Source of the DNA: a virus
Virus record (IMG/VR): IMGVR_UViG_3300045988_042432
Length of the DNA stretch: 64,000 nucleotides
Direction: 5' to 3' (one strand)
Shown piece by piece: positions 1 through 7,533 of the stretch. Positions within the stretch are counted from its first letter, which is position 1. Every line of letters begins with the position of its first letter. Under the pieces are notes generated by a model. That model did not search any database, had not been told where the DNA came from, and saw only the letters and a list, made by a program, of their open reading frames with translations. The translations under genes and the position numbers were made by a program.

Positions 1-2
1 CT

Positions 3-554
3 ATGATGGGAACTCATCCGCATGAGTGGTTCATGTTCCACGGTGCTATGTATGGCTATAAACAGGCTAATTACATGGCTCTTGAGAATTGGGTAAATGT
101 GTATGACGGTGATTTGGGAATAGCATTGTCTGACACATATACTTCTGAAGTGTTCATGAAGAACCTGTCTCGCAAGCAAGCTAAATTGTTTGACGGAGTA
201 AGATGTGACTCTGGCGATGAGTTTAAGTTCATAAACAGTATGATTGCTCGTTATAAAGAACTTGGAGTAGACCCTACTACTAAGACTATAGTATTCAGTA
301 ATGCTTTGGACTTTGACAAATGCCAGGACATTATGGAGTATTGTGGAAGTAGAATCAGGTGTTCGTTTGGAATAGGCACTAATCTCACTAATGATACTGG
401 GTTTAAGCCGGCTAATATAGTGATGAAGCTTATTAGCTGTCAAATGAATGCTAATCAACCTGTTTATGGATGCGTGAAGCTGTCTGATGATGCCGGTAAA
501 CATACTGGAGAAAATAAAGAAGTTAATGCTTGTTTAGTTGAATTAGGATTATGA
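3..554 (+). CDS. pncB: Nicotinate phosphoribosyltransferase (PncB/NAPRTase family), C-terminal 183 aa; 5-prime end lies outside the window
   Basis: The ORF runs off the left edge. GTHPHEW, VRCDSGD and SFGIGTNLTND match conserved PncB signatures (GT.AHEW / R.DSGD / GIGT.LT.D). The stop overlaps the next start (ATGA at 551-554). Confidence 0.8.
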   Translation: MMGTHPHEWFMFHGAMYGYKQANYMALENWVNVYDGDLGIALSDTYTSEVFMKNLSRKQAKLFDGVRCDSGDEFKFINSMIARYKELGVDPTTKTIVFSNALDFDKCQDIMEYCGSRIRCSFGIGTNLTNDTGFKPANIVMKLISCQMNANQPVYGCVKLSDDAGKHTGENKEVNACLVELGL

Positions 555-1513
555 GTGAACTAAATTATGAACACGTATTTAACGTATTAGTTGATAAAAC
601 AGCTGAATACGTTACTTCTAACAACCTTAAAGCAATGGTATTGGGCATCAGTGGAGGAATTGACTCCACTGTTGTCGCTGCTATCTGCCATGAGGTTAGT
701 AAGAAGACTGGTATTCCTCTTATAGGAAGAAGTCTTCCTATTAAGAATAAAAGTGATGAGTTCGCTACTTCTGTACATGTAGGAGAAGCCTTCTGTAATG
801 AATTTAGTGTTTACAGACTTGAACGTTCCTATCGTGCAGCTTTGTTTGATGCCTGTGCTGATGCAGGTGATGTCAATATGGCTAATTCTTACTATCTCGA
901 TGAACTAGAAGAAATGCCTAGTAGAACTCCTATTGCTAATGGTAATCTTCAAGCTAGGTGCAGAATGATGTATCTATATGATATAGCTAGTCGCCATAAA
1001 GGATTAGTAATGAGTACAGATAATCAAACTGAATATCAGCTTGGATTCTGGACTATTCATGGTGATGTAGGTGATTTTGACCCAATTCAAGACCTATGGA
1101 AGACAGAAGTTTATGAGTTAGCTAAGTGGATTAGTAATCGCTATAAAAACATTGAACACCACCATACTATAATGACTGGTGCTGGAAGTAAATCTGATGC
1201 TATAGAGTTATCTATAGCTCTTACTCCTACGGACGGTCTTGGCATTAGTAACAGTGACTTAGAGCAAATTGGAGCTAAGAGTTACGATGAGGTTGATGAT
1301 ATACTCTCTAGATATATTCCATTTAAGGAGTATCGACAGAAGCATGGAGAACCACTTCATCCACATGATGAAATAGCAGAATCTGATTGCTGGTCACAAT
1401 TATGTGTTAGGCATGGAGAAGATGTAGTCAATAAGGTTTGGAGCCGACATTTAGCTTCCGAATTTAAACGTAAGAAAGCTCCAATTTATATATCTAGGGA
1501 ATTATATGAATGA
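551..1513 (+). CDS. nadE: NH3-dependent NAD+ synthetase
   Basis: 320 aa, single-domain size. The PP-loop SGGIDS lies at 650-667 after the hydrophobic strand AMVLGI. NadE-like downstream blocks are present (MSTDNQTEYQLGFWTIHGD; TPTDGLG..SDLEQIG..YDEVDDIL). There is no glutaminase domain. Confidence 0.88.
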   Translation: MSELNYEHVFNVLVDKTAEYVTSNNLKAMVLGISGGIDSTVVAAICHEVSKKTGIPLIGRSLPIKNKSDEFATSVHVGEAFCNEFSVYRLERSYRAALFDACADAGDVNMANSYYLDELEEMPSRTPIANGNLQARCRMMYLYDIASRHKGLVMSTDNQTEYQLGFWTIHGDVGDFDPIQDLWKTEVYELAKWISNRYKNIEHHHTIMTGAGSKSDAIELSIALTPTDGLGISNSDLEQIGAKSYDEVDDILSRYIPFKEYRQKHGEPLHPHDEIAESDCWSQLCVRHGEDVVNKVWSRHLASEFKRKKAPIYISRELYE

Positions 1514-2609
1514 TTTAGAGAGAAGGGTTCACACAGCTATTAAAGAGTGTTATGATGTAGTCATAGCCCCAACTTACGGGTTAGGTTCTGCATTAGCCGC
1601 TGTATTTATGAAGATACATGGAAGAGCTCCACATAGGGCGACTTTTAGAACAGATTATTATGCAGTAGACTTACCAGAAGGACGAGAATGGTCAGATGCA
1701 GAATCTAAAGGAAAGATTAAATCTATTTCCGGAAGTAAATCTATAGACTATTGGGCAACTCAACACAACCTTTTAAAGTTGTTTCCAGATGCAGTTCATA
1801 TAAGGTGGGGAGATGATTACTTCTTATTTACTGATGAGTATATTATAGACCTTCAGGACCTAGAAATTCTAATGTTGAATACTGATGATATTCCAAAAGA
1901 AATAGTAGATTGCTTGGTATATAAAGAGGCTAAAGCTACTATGGAATACGTAACCTACAGTAATCAAGGATTCAGAACCACACTAATGAAAGTAAAAGAA
2001 CAAGATTGTGATATACAATCTAATTATAATGATGACTTACCACATCAACAAATAACCGATATGATAAATTCCAAGGAAAGTGGAATTGCCATACTACACG
2101 GAGTTCCTGGTTGCGGTAAGACTAGTTATATTAGAAAGCTAATAGCCGACAATCCAGGTAAGAAGTTTGTGTTCTTAGACGCTTCTACGTTTCAATACAT
2201 TGGGGATGCTTCATTTATTGAACTTCTTACTAATAAGAGAGATTCAGTGTTTGTAGTAGAAGACTGCGAGGACTTATTAGTAAGTAGGGACACTAAAGGA
2301 AATCACAGAATATCCTCTTTACTAAACCTGTCAGACGGTATACTTGGAGACTCTTTAAACCTTAAGTTCATATGTACCTTTAATGCTGATATTAGTAGTA
2401 TTGATAAAGCATTATTACGTAAAGGAAGATTGAAAGTTAAATATGAATTTGGTAAACTTACCAAAGATAAAGCTACTGCCTTAGCTGTTAAACTTGGTAA
2501 GACTGAACCTGTAACTGAAGACATGGCATTGTGTGATGTCTATAACTTAGGCACAGACAATGGTGGTGAACAAATTGAAAGTGATAGACCTAAAATTGGA
2601 TTTAGATGA
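1506..2609 (+). CDS. AAA+ ATPase (classic clade) with an unrecognised ~190-aa N-terminal domain
   Basis: Motifs seen: Walker A GVPGCGKT (2100-2123), Walker B VFVVEDCED, sensor-1-like FICTFN, and the Arg-finger region ALLRKGRL. The start overlaps the nadE stop and the stop overlaps the next start. Confidence 0.8.
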   Translation: MNDLERRVHTAIKECYDVVIAPTYGLGSALAAVFMKIHGRAPHRATFRTDYYAVDLPEGREWSDAESKGKIKSISGSKSIDYWATQHNLLKLFPDAVHIRWGDDYFLFTDEYIIDLQDLEILMLNTDDIPKEIVDCLVYKEAKATMEYVTYSNQGFRTTLMKVKEQDCDIQSNYNDDLPHQQITDMINSKESGIAILHGVPGCGKTSYIRKLIADNPGKKFVFLDASTFQYIGDASFIELLTNKRDSVFVVEDCEDLLVSRDTKGNHRISSLLNLSDGILGDSLNLKFICTFNADISSIDKALLRKGRLKVKYEFGKLTKDKATALAVKLGKTEPVTEDMALCDVYNLGTDNGGEQIESDRPKIGFR

Positions 2610-2863
2610 AAATGAAATTGTATTATGGAGCCTTGGCCTTGCTTTGGCTCCTTTCTAGTTGTACTCCCAGTGATAATGTAACTGACAACCATGACAAGGT
2701 TGGAACTTGTCGTAATGGTCATATCAGAGCTCTTACTTTGAATGGTCATACATATTACTGGCAAAATCATTGGTTTGCACATGCAGGAGACTGTAAGAAG
2801 TGTAAGCATGAACTTGATAGTATAGTTAAAGCAGCAGTTAAGGAGGCAATGCAATGCGAGTAG
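2606..2863 (+). CDS. Small secreted lipoprotein (85 aa), Cys/His-rich mature part
   Basis: MKMKLYYGALALLWLLSSC gives a basic n-region, a hydrophobic core and a lipobox-like LSS|C (Cys19 codon 2660-2662). The mature part carries CKKC and several His. It is coupled to both neighbours by overlapping codons. Confidence 0.6.
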   Translation: MKMKLYYGALALLWLLSSCTPSDNVTDNHDKVGTCRNGHIRALTLNGHTYYWQNHWFAHAGDCKKCKHELDSIVKAAVKEAMQCE

Positions 2864-3429
2864 GATTATTCTTTGGCTCATTTGACCCTCCCCATATCGG
2901 GCATGTAAATGTGGTAATGGGAGCCATTAACTCCAATCAGGTGGATAGAGTGTTAGTGATTCCTGCTTATCAAAACTTATGGAAGGAGAATAGCTCTAAA
3001 TTTTCATATAGGTATGCTATGAGTTGTATGCAATTCGACACTTTGCCTTTTGTACATGTAAGTGATGTAGAGAAAGACTTAGCAGGTCCTGCTTATCCCA
3101 GAGGTATACCTACATACGTTGTACTGGAGGAATTAAAGTCTAGAATGCCAGAGGATGAATTAGTAATTATTACTACTCCAGAAACCTATAAGGATATTCC
3201 TGAATGGCATAAAGGGTCTGTAATATTGTGTGACTATAAATTCCTCATGGTGGTAAGTGGAGAGGAGACCCCACAAGACCTTCCGGAGAATGTACATGTT
3301 GTATACGTTCCGCAAATAACAATATGCTCTACTTGCATTCGCAATAGAGTAAAGCTTGGAATATACATCCAGCCATTTGTAAGAGATACTGTAGAAGCAT
3401 TCATTGACCAATATAGATTATATGTATAA
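2854..3429 (+). CDS. nadD: Nicotinate/nicotinamide mononucleotide adenylyltransferase, NadD type
   Basis: 191 aa. The nucleotidyltransferase motif GSFDPPHIGH lies at 2875-2904. The C-terminal ISxT.IR-type motif is ICSTCIRNR. The motif style is NadD-like rather than NadM/NadR-like. Confidence 0.8.
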   Translation: MRVGLFFGSFDPPHIGHVNVVMGAINSNQVDRVLVIPAYQNLWKENSSKFSYRYAMSCMQFDTLPFVHVSDVEKDLAGPAYPRGIPTYVVLEELKSRMPEDELVIITTPETYKDIPEWHKGSVILCDYKFLMVVSGEETPQDLPENVHVVYVPQITICSTCIRNRVKLGIYIQPFVRDTVEAFIDQYRLYV

Positions 3430-3457
3430 AAGCTGGATTAACTGAAGAATTTTACTA

Positions 3458-4012
3458 ATGAAGAATTATCCTATTACAATTGAAACAGGTGAACATGCTG
3501 GGGAGACAGTCTGGGTTCACCGTAGTATAGCCGTTGCAGGATTTATATTTTGTAAAATTAACGATGAATGGTGTGTTCTTGCTAATCAAAGAGGTGAAGG
3601 AGCACCAGACTTTCAAGGATATTGGAACTGTCCTTGCGGCTATTTGGACTTTGATGAGACATTAGCAGAAGCTTGCTCTAGGGAAATCTACGAGGAAACT
3701 GGAGTTAAGATTGAACCTAGTGCTCTTTATATGTGTAGCGTTAACGATGACCCGAAAGACTCTAACAGACAGAATGTTACTATGAGGTTCATGGCTGTAG
3801 TAGACGAGAGTCATATTGGAATTTCTACTAATGCTATCAAAGGACAGCTAGGCGGAGAGGAGAATGAGGTAAAGGCTATCATGTGGGTTAAAATATCTGA
3901 CCTTGATAATTACCAGTGGGCGTTTAATCATAGACATCTCATTGAAGGCATCTTTTATACTTATGTAGATTATGAAGAAGTAGAAGGTTTAGACGATTTA
4001 TTTGCTGAATGA
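3458..4012 (+). CDS. Nudix hydrolase (substrate unknown; ADP-ribose/NAD-derived nucleotide is plausible from context)
   Basis: A perfect Nudix box G-x5-E-x7-REUxEExGU is present: GYLDFDETLAEACSREIYEETGV (3638-3706). Confidence 0.88.
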   Translation: MKNYPITIETGEHAGETVWVHRSIAVAGFIFCKINDEWCVLANQRGEGAPDFQGYWNCPCGYLDFDETLAEACSREIYEETGVKIEPSALYMCSVNDDPKDSNRQNVTMRFMAVVDESHIGISTNAIKGQLGGEENEVKAIMWVKISDLDNYQWAFNHRHLIEGIFYTYVDYEEVEGLDDLFAE

Positions 4013-4554
4013 CATACTTCATTAGTGGACACAGAGACATAACTCCTGAAGAATTTGAGAAGTTCTACGTTCCAGCAATTGTTGATGTGATAGATACATG
4101 CAACGATAATTACGATGACTGTGAATTTGTAGTCGGAGATTGTAGGGGTTGTGATGAAATGGCAGCTAATTTCATAGCAAACTACATTAAGGAGAATACA
4201 GATGATACAGAGTGTCCTCCATGTATTTTGTGCATTTATCATATGTTCTCTGAACCTAGGTTTAGAGTAGGCGTAGCTGGACAAGACGGTTGTTATCATG
4301 TTGACATGGTAGATGAGCTCAATGCAGACTTATGCGAGGATGATGACCCATATACCATAGATGATTGTCCTATTGTACATTATGTAGGTGGATTTGAGAC
4401 AGATAGAGACCGTGATTCTGCTATGACCAATGTTTCAAGTGAGGATATTGCCTTTATAAGAAGCAAATCTAAATGGGATTCTGGTACAGCAGAGAATATA
4501 TTACGTAGGCACACTATGAAATATCTAAACCCTAGTTTTTATGGACAACAGTAA
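4009..4554 (+). CDS. SLOG-superfamily (YspA/DUF2493-like) nucleotide-binding protein, putative
   Basis: The ordered elements ISGHRD, FVVGDCRGCDEMAANF, DRDSAMT..SEDIAFI and DSGTAENI follow the conserved layout of DUF2493/DprA-LOG-like Rossmannoid domains. There is a Cys-rich acidic insert. The call comes from remembered family consensus only. Confidence 0.5.
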   Translation: MTYFISGHRDITPEEFEKFYVPAIVDVIDTCNDNYDDCEFVVGDCRGCDEMAANFIANYIKENTDDTECPPCILCIYHMFSEPRFRVGVAGQDGCYHVDMVDELNADLCEDDDPYTIDDCPIVHYVGGFETDRDRDSAMTNVSSEDIAFIRSKSKWDSGTAENILRRHTMKYLNPSFYGQQ

Positions 4555-4786
4555 AGATTGGGGTGAGTTCCTGGAGGGCATTAAGGCTGCACAACAGGCA
4601 ACTGAAGCTCAAAAGGAAGCTAATGAGCAACATGAAAAGTATGAAAGATTGAGATTTGAATTTACATTAGCATTAATCAATAACAATGACCTCTTACATG
4701 AGAGGTCATTTAAAGAGATATGTCAATTAGGAGTTGAATTAACAGATGAATTTATGAAACATGAATCTGAAAAAGGGAAAGTTTAA
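4541..4786 (+). CDS. Hypothetical protein (81 aa, helical/coiled-coil composition)
   Basis: The ORF sits in the operon frame pattern and overlaps its neighbours. No motif was recognised. Confidence 0.5.
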   Translation: MDNSKDWGEFLEGIKAAQQATEAQKEANEQHEKYERLRFEFTLALINNNDLLHERSFKEICQLGVELTDEFMKHESEKGKV

Positions 4787-5498
4787 AATTGTTGAGGGAA
4801 CAAGAGTTAGAATGGTTTCTTCAAAAGATACTCATATAGTCGAAGGAGCTTACGGTACTGTAGTCAGTCCTGGTATAAGAGAGTCGGAAGTGCGTTGGGA
4901 TAGTATGTTAGCAATTAGAGCAGATTATAGATACAGAAATGAACTAGAAGATGCTCTCATCATTCCAGTTTATAATGACTTATTGGACCCTTCTGGAAAC
5001 TTCCAAATTTGGACTCCTGAACCTATTGCGCGAATATACCTTGACGATTGTATCAAGTATATAGGAGAGGATACAAAAGACCTCAAATATGGTGATTTGC
5101 TTTGTGTATATTCTATGACTTTATCAGAGCATTCATTGTATGCAATACAGTTAAGTAATTACAAACTACACAAATTGGACACCAGTGTCTGTGCATTAGA
5201 AGGAAAGGGATATGCTTTAGCTAAAGACACTAAGGTCAAAGTAGTCCTAGACTCCGCTTATACAGAAGTTGGACAAACTGGTAAAATTTATCGTACTGAT
5301 TACAGGTCAGCGCTGCCCTATGAAGTTATTATAGATAAGGGTGATTGTGTTTGGGTTGCTGGATGTACCATACAGAATGTTGATACTGAAGTGTACATAG
5401 AAGAGTATTCAGCAGATGTTGAGAATGAAGTATCACCAGACGAGGATATACTAGAGAACGGATTCTCCAGACAAGTAACATTTTATGAAAAGGATTAA
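4761..5498 (+). CDS. Hypothetical protein (245 aa), possibly three small beta-rich modules
   Basis: A long ORF co-oriented in the operon. It shows a weak three-fold recurrence of the pattern G..V.V...(x)G..G.V. No catalytic motif was recognised. Confidence 0.6.
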   Translation: MNLKKGKFKIVEGTRVRMVSSKDTHIVEGAYGTVVSPGIRESEVRWDSMLAIRADYRYRNELEDALIIPVYNDLLDPSGNFQIWTPEPIARIYLDDCIKYIGEDTKDLKYGDLLCVYSMTLSEHSLYAIQLSNYKLHKLDTSVCALEGKGYALAKDTKVKVVLDSAYTEVGQTGKIYRTDYRSALPYEVIIDKGDCVWVAGCTIQNVDTEVYIEEYSADVENEVSPDEDILENGFSRQVTFYEKD

Positions 5499-6390
5499 CA
5501 AATATTTATTTCTAGACGTAGACGGGGTTCTCAATAGTGTCTCATGGTACAGAGCAGAATGGAATAAGGACCATGTGTATCCTCAAGGTGACTTTGACCC
5601 TAAGTGTGTTGAAATTGTAAACAGAATAGTCAAAGAGACTGGCTGCAAGGTAGTAGTCAGCTCCTCTTGGAGAGCTGAAATTAATTTGCAATCAATCTTT
5701 GACAAAGCTGGTTTAAAGTTCAAGATACATAGTATTACTCCGTTTGGAGTCCATAGAGGTTGTGAAATAAGGGATTGGTTAGCATCCGAAACCGAACCTT
5801 ATGTTTATGCTATATTGGATGATGACAGAAGTATGCTTGCAGAACAGAGGAAGTACTTCATTAAGACTAACACAGTTACGGGTATTACTGATGAAGACGC
5901 AAGACATGTAATTAACATTTTAAATAGAAATGATATGTGGAATGATAAATTAAACTCCTTAATTATGGAGTCTATGAAGAATCACGACGCTGTTCGGACT
6001 ACAGTCCTCCGTGCAATTAAGACGGAATTTAGCAACTATGCAACTGCTAAGAATGCTAAACCTCTTGACAATGCTGCTGAAATAGCCATTATTAAGAAGT
6101 TACGTGACCAACGTATTGATAATGCCGAACAGTATCGTATGGCAGGTCGTCAGGATTTATATGATAATGAAATGGCAGAATCTCTTATCTTGAATGAGTT
6201 TCTGCCCGAGGTCCCTGATGATAAAGTACTTGCTTTAGGGTTAGTAGAAGTCTGTGCATTACAAGGATGTGAAGACGGGCCTAAGATTCCTAAGAGCAAA
6301 ATGGGAATCATTATCAAAGAGCTTAAAGCTATGTTCCCTGCCGCAGATGGTAAACAGATTGCTGATTTAGTAAAATCTTGTGTAGTATAA
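5485..6390 (+). CDS. HAD-superfamily phosphatase fused to a GatB/YqeY-type domain
   Basis: The N-terminal half carries HAD motifs: I FLDVDGVLNS, II VVVSSSWR, IV AILDDD, plus RGCEIRDWL. This pattern recalls the HAD clade linked to RNA-repair proteins. The C-terminal half (about aa 165-301) reads VLRAIKTEF..AEIAIIKKLRDQRIDNAEQY..GRQDL..E..ILNEFLP, which is YqeY/GatB C-terminal-domain-like. Confidence 0.65.
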   Translation: MKRINKYLFLDVDGVLNSVSWYRAEWNKDHVYPQGDFDPKCVEIVNRIVKETGCKVVVSSSWRAEINLQSIFDKAGLKFKIHSITPFGVHRGCEIRDWLASETEPYVYAILDDDRSMLAEQRKYFIKTNTVTGITDEDARHVINILNRNDMWNDKLNSLIMESMKNHDAVRTTVLRAIKTEFSNYATAKNAKPLDNAAEIAIIKKLRDQRIDNAEQYRMAGRQDLYDNEMAESLILNEFLPEVPDDKVLALGLVEVCALQGCEDGPKIPKSKMGIIIKELKAMFPAADGKQIADLVKSCVV

Positions 6391-6391
6391 T

Positions 6392-6643
6392 ATGACACTA
6401 AAAGAAATTGTAACCTTACCTTATCCAGCTAAGATATCACATGCTATAGCTGGTGTACTTTATTATCAAATAATAGCTGGTGATAAAGCTATTGTCTTTC
6501 CAATAGACATGAATGACAGAGACGATGTAGGAACTACTACGTTTCTAGCAGAGTATCCGAAACCTATCACATTAATGAGATACATTCGTAAAGCAATTGA
6601 CTCTGGTGAGTTAGTAATAGCTACTACTGATGCCGAAGTATAA
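6392..6643 (+). CDS. Hypothetical protein (83 aa)
   Basis: The ORF is tightly packed in the operon. No motif was recognised. Confidence 0.5.
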   Translation: MTLKEIVTLPYPAKISHAIAGVLYYQIIAGDKAIVFPIDMNDRDDVGTTTFLAEYPKPITLMRYIRKAIDSGELVIATTDAEV

Positions 6644-6812
6644 TGTAAGTATCGATAGACAGCTTAGATGTCGTCTATGCTTTGACATAAAAGTTGAAGC
6701 CGACAGCGAAGACGAAGCTTGGGAAAAGGCTTACGATACAGTAGACCTAGGAGATTTAGAAGTGAGAGATTGTGAGTATAGCGACGATGAAATAACCCTT
6801 CTAGAAGAATGA
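6630..6812 (+). CDS. Hypothetical small, strongly acidic protein (60 aa)
   Basis: The ORF overlaps both neighbours. The C-terminal two thirds are dominated by D/E (DSEDEAWEKAYDTVDLGDLEVRDCEYSDDEITLLEE). Confidence 0.45.
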   Translation: MPKYNVSIDRQLRCRLCFDIKVEADSEDEAWEKAYDTVDLGDLEVRDCEYSDDEITLLEE

Positions 6813-7525
6813 TTATAGGTATAGTTGGTAAGAAGCAAAGCGGTAAGGATACAGTTTGTAATATCATTCGGTATATAAGTTGGCTTAAATCTTCCAAACT
6901 ATGGGGAGAAGTAACTCTGAATGCTAAACACTTTGAAGCTGTCTGTGAAAGTGAGGATATTGCTCCTATACTTAGTATATGGGAGAAACATCCATGGGCA
7001 GAGAAGCTGAAACAGTGTGCATCCATTATACTAGGATGTCATGTGTCAAGCTTTGAGACAGAGAGTATCAAAGAATCATTTACACATATTCCAATTAGTA
7101 ATAGTGAAGGAGAACCTATGACTCATAGAGAGTTCCTACAAGTACTAGGTACTGAAGTGGGAAGAACTATTGACCCTAACCTATGGGTTAAATCTATGAT
7201 GTCTGACTATGATAAAGGATTTAAGAGTTATCCTACTTATGGTACTGATGAATATGGCAATACTGCGTTTGTACACATGAATACAGTAGAGCCTTGTTGG
7301 ATTATGCCAGATACTAGGTTTCTAAATGAAGTCCAAGCTATCAAAGATAGGAAAGGAATTGTCATTAAGGTAAACAGAGATACCGGATTACTAGATAATC
7401 ATATTTCAGAACATGCTTTGGATGATTATAATGACTATGACTACGTCATTGATAATAACGGAACTCTTGGTGAGTTAATTGTCAAAGTAGCAACTATGAT
7501 GGAGACCTTAGGGGTGCTTCAATAA
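6809..7525 (+). CDS. Deoxynucleoside monophosphate kinase (phage T4 gp1-like)
   Basis: P-loop GKKQSGKDT. The blocks REFLQVLGTEVGR..PNLWVK, IMPDTRF.NE, NHISEHAL and VIDNNGTLGEL are collinear with T4 gp1 (GVKRSGKDT, RRLMQALGTDL..MYWVK, IVPDTRQ.HE, THITEAGL, VITNDGSLEEL). Confidence 0.85.
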   Translation: MIIGIVGKKQSGKDTVCNIIRYISWLKSSKLWGEVTLNAKHFEAVCESEDIAPILSIWEKHPWAEKLKQCASIILGCHVSSFETESIKESFTHIPISNSEGEPMTHREFLQVLGTEVGRTIDPNLWVKSMMSDYDKGFKSYPTYGTDEYGNTAFVHMNTVEPCWIMPDTRFLNEVQAIKDRKGIVIKVNRDTGLLDNHISEHALDDYNDYDYVIDNNGTLGELIVKVATMMETLGVLQ

Positions 7526-7533
7526 ACAATAAT

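Noticed and set aside
2841-2846. AGGAGG upstream of the nadD-like start as a Shine-Dalgarno signal
   Set aside because: It lies within the coding sequence of the upstream lipoprotein gene (KEAMQCE). It is a single occurrence, other genes in the window lack such sites, and Bacteroidota-type translation generally does not depend on them. It is therefore not used as evidence.
587-7026. Seven minus-strand ORFs of 63-120 aa in the left arm (587-778, 2303-2524, 2540-2881, 3160-3411, 3970-4299, 6150-6398, 6664-7026)
   Set aside because: Each lies antisense inside a longer + strand ORF that carries recognisable enzyme motifs. They have Leu/Ser/Ile/Cys-rich shadow-ORF composition, show no coupling to neighbours and have no space for their own signals.
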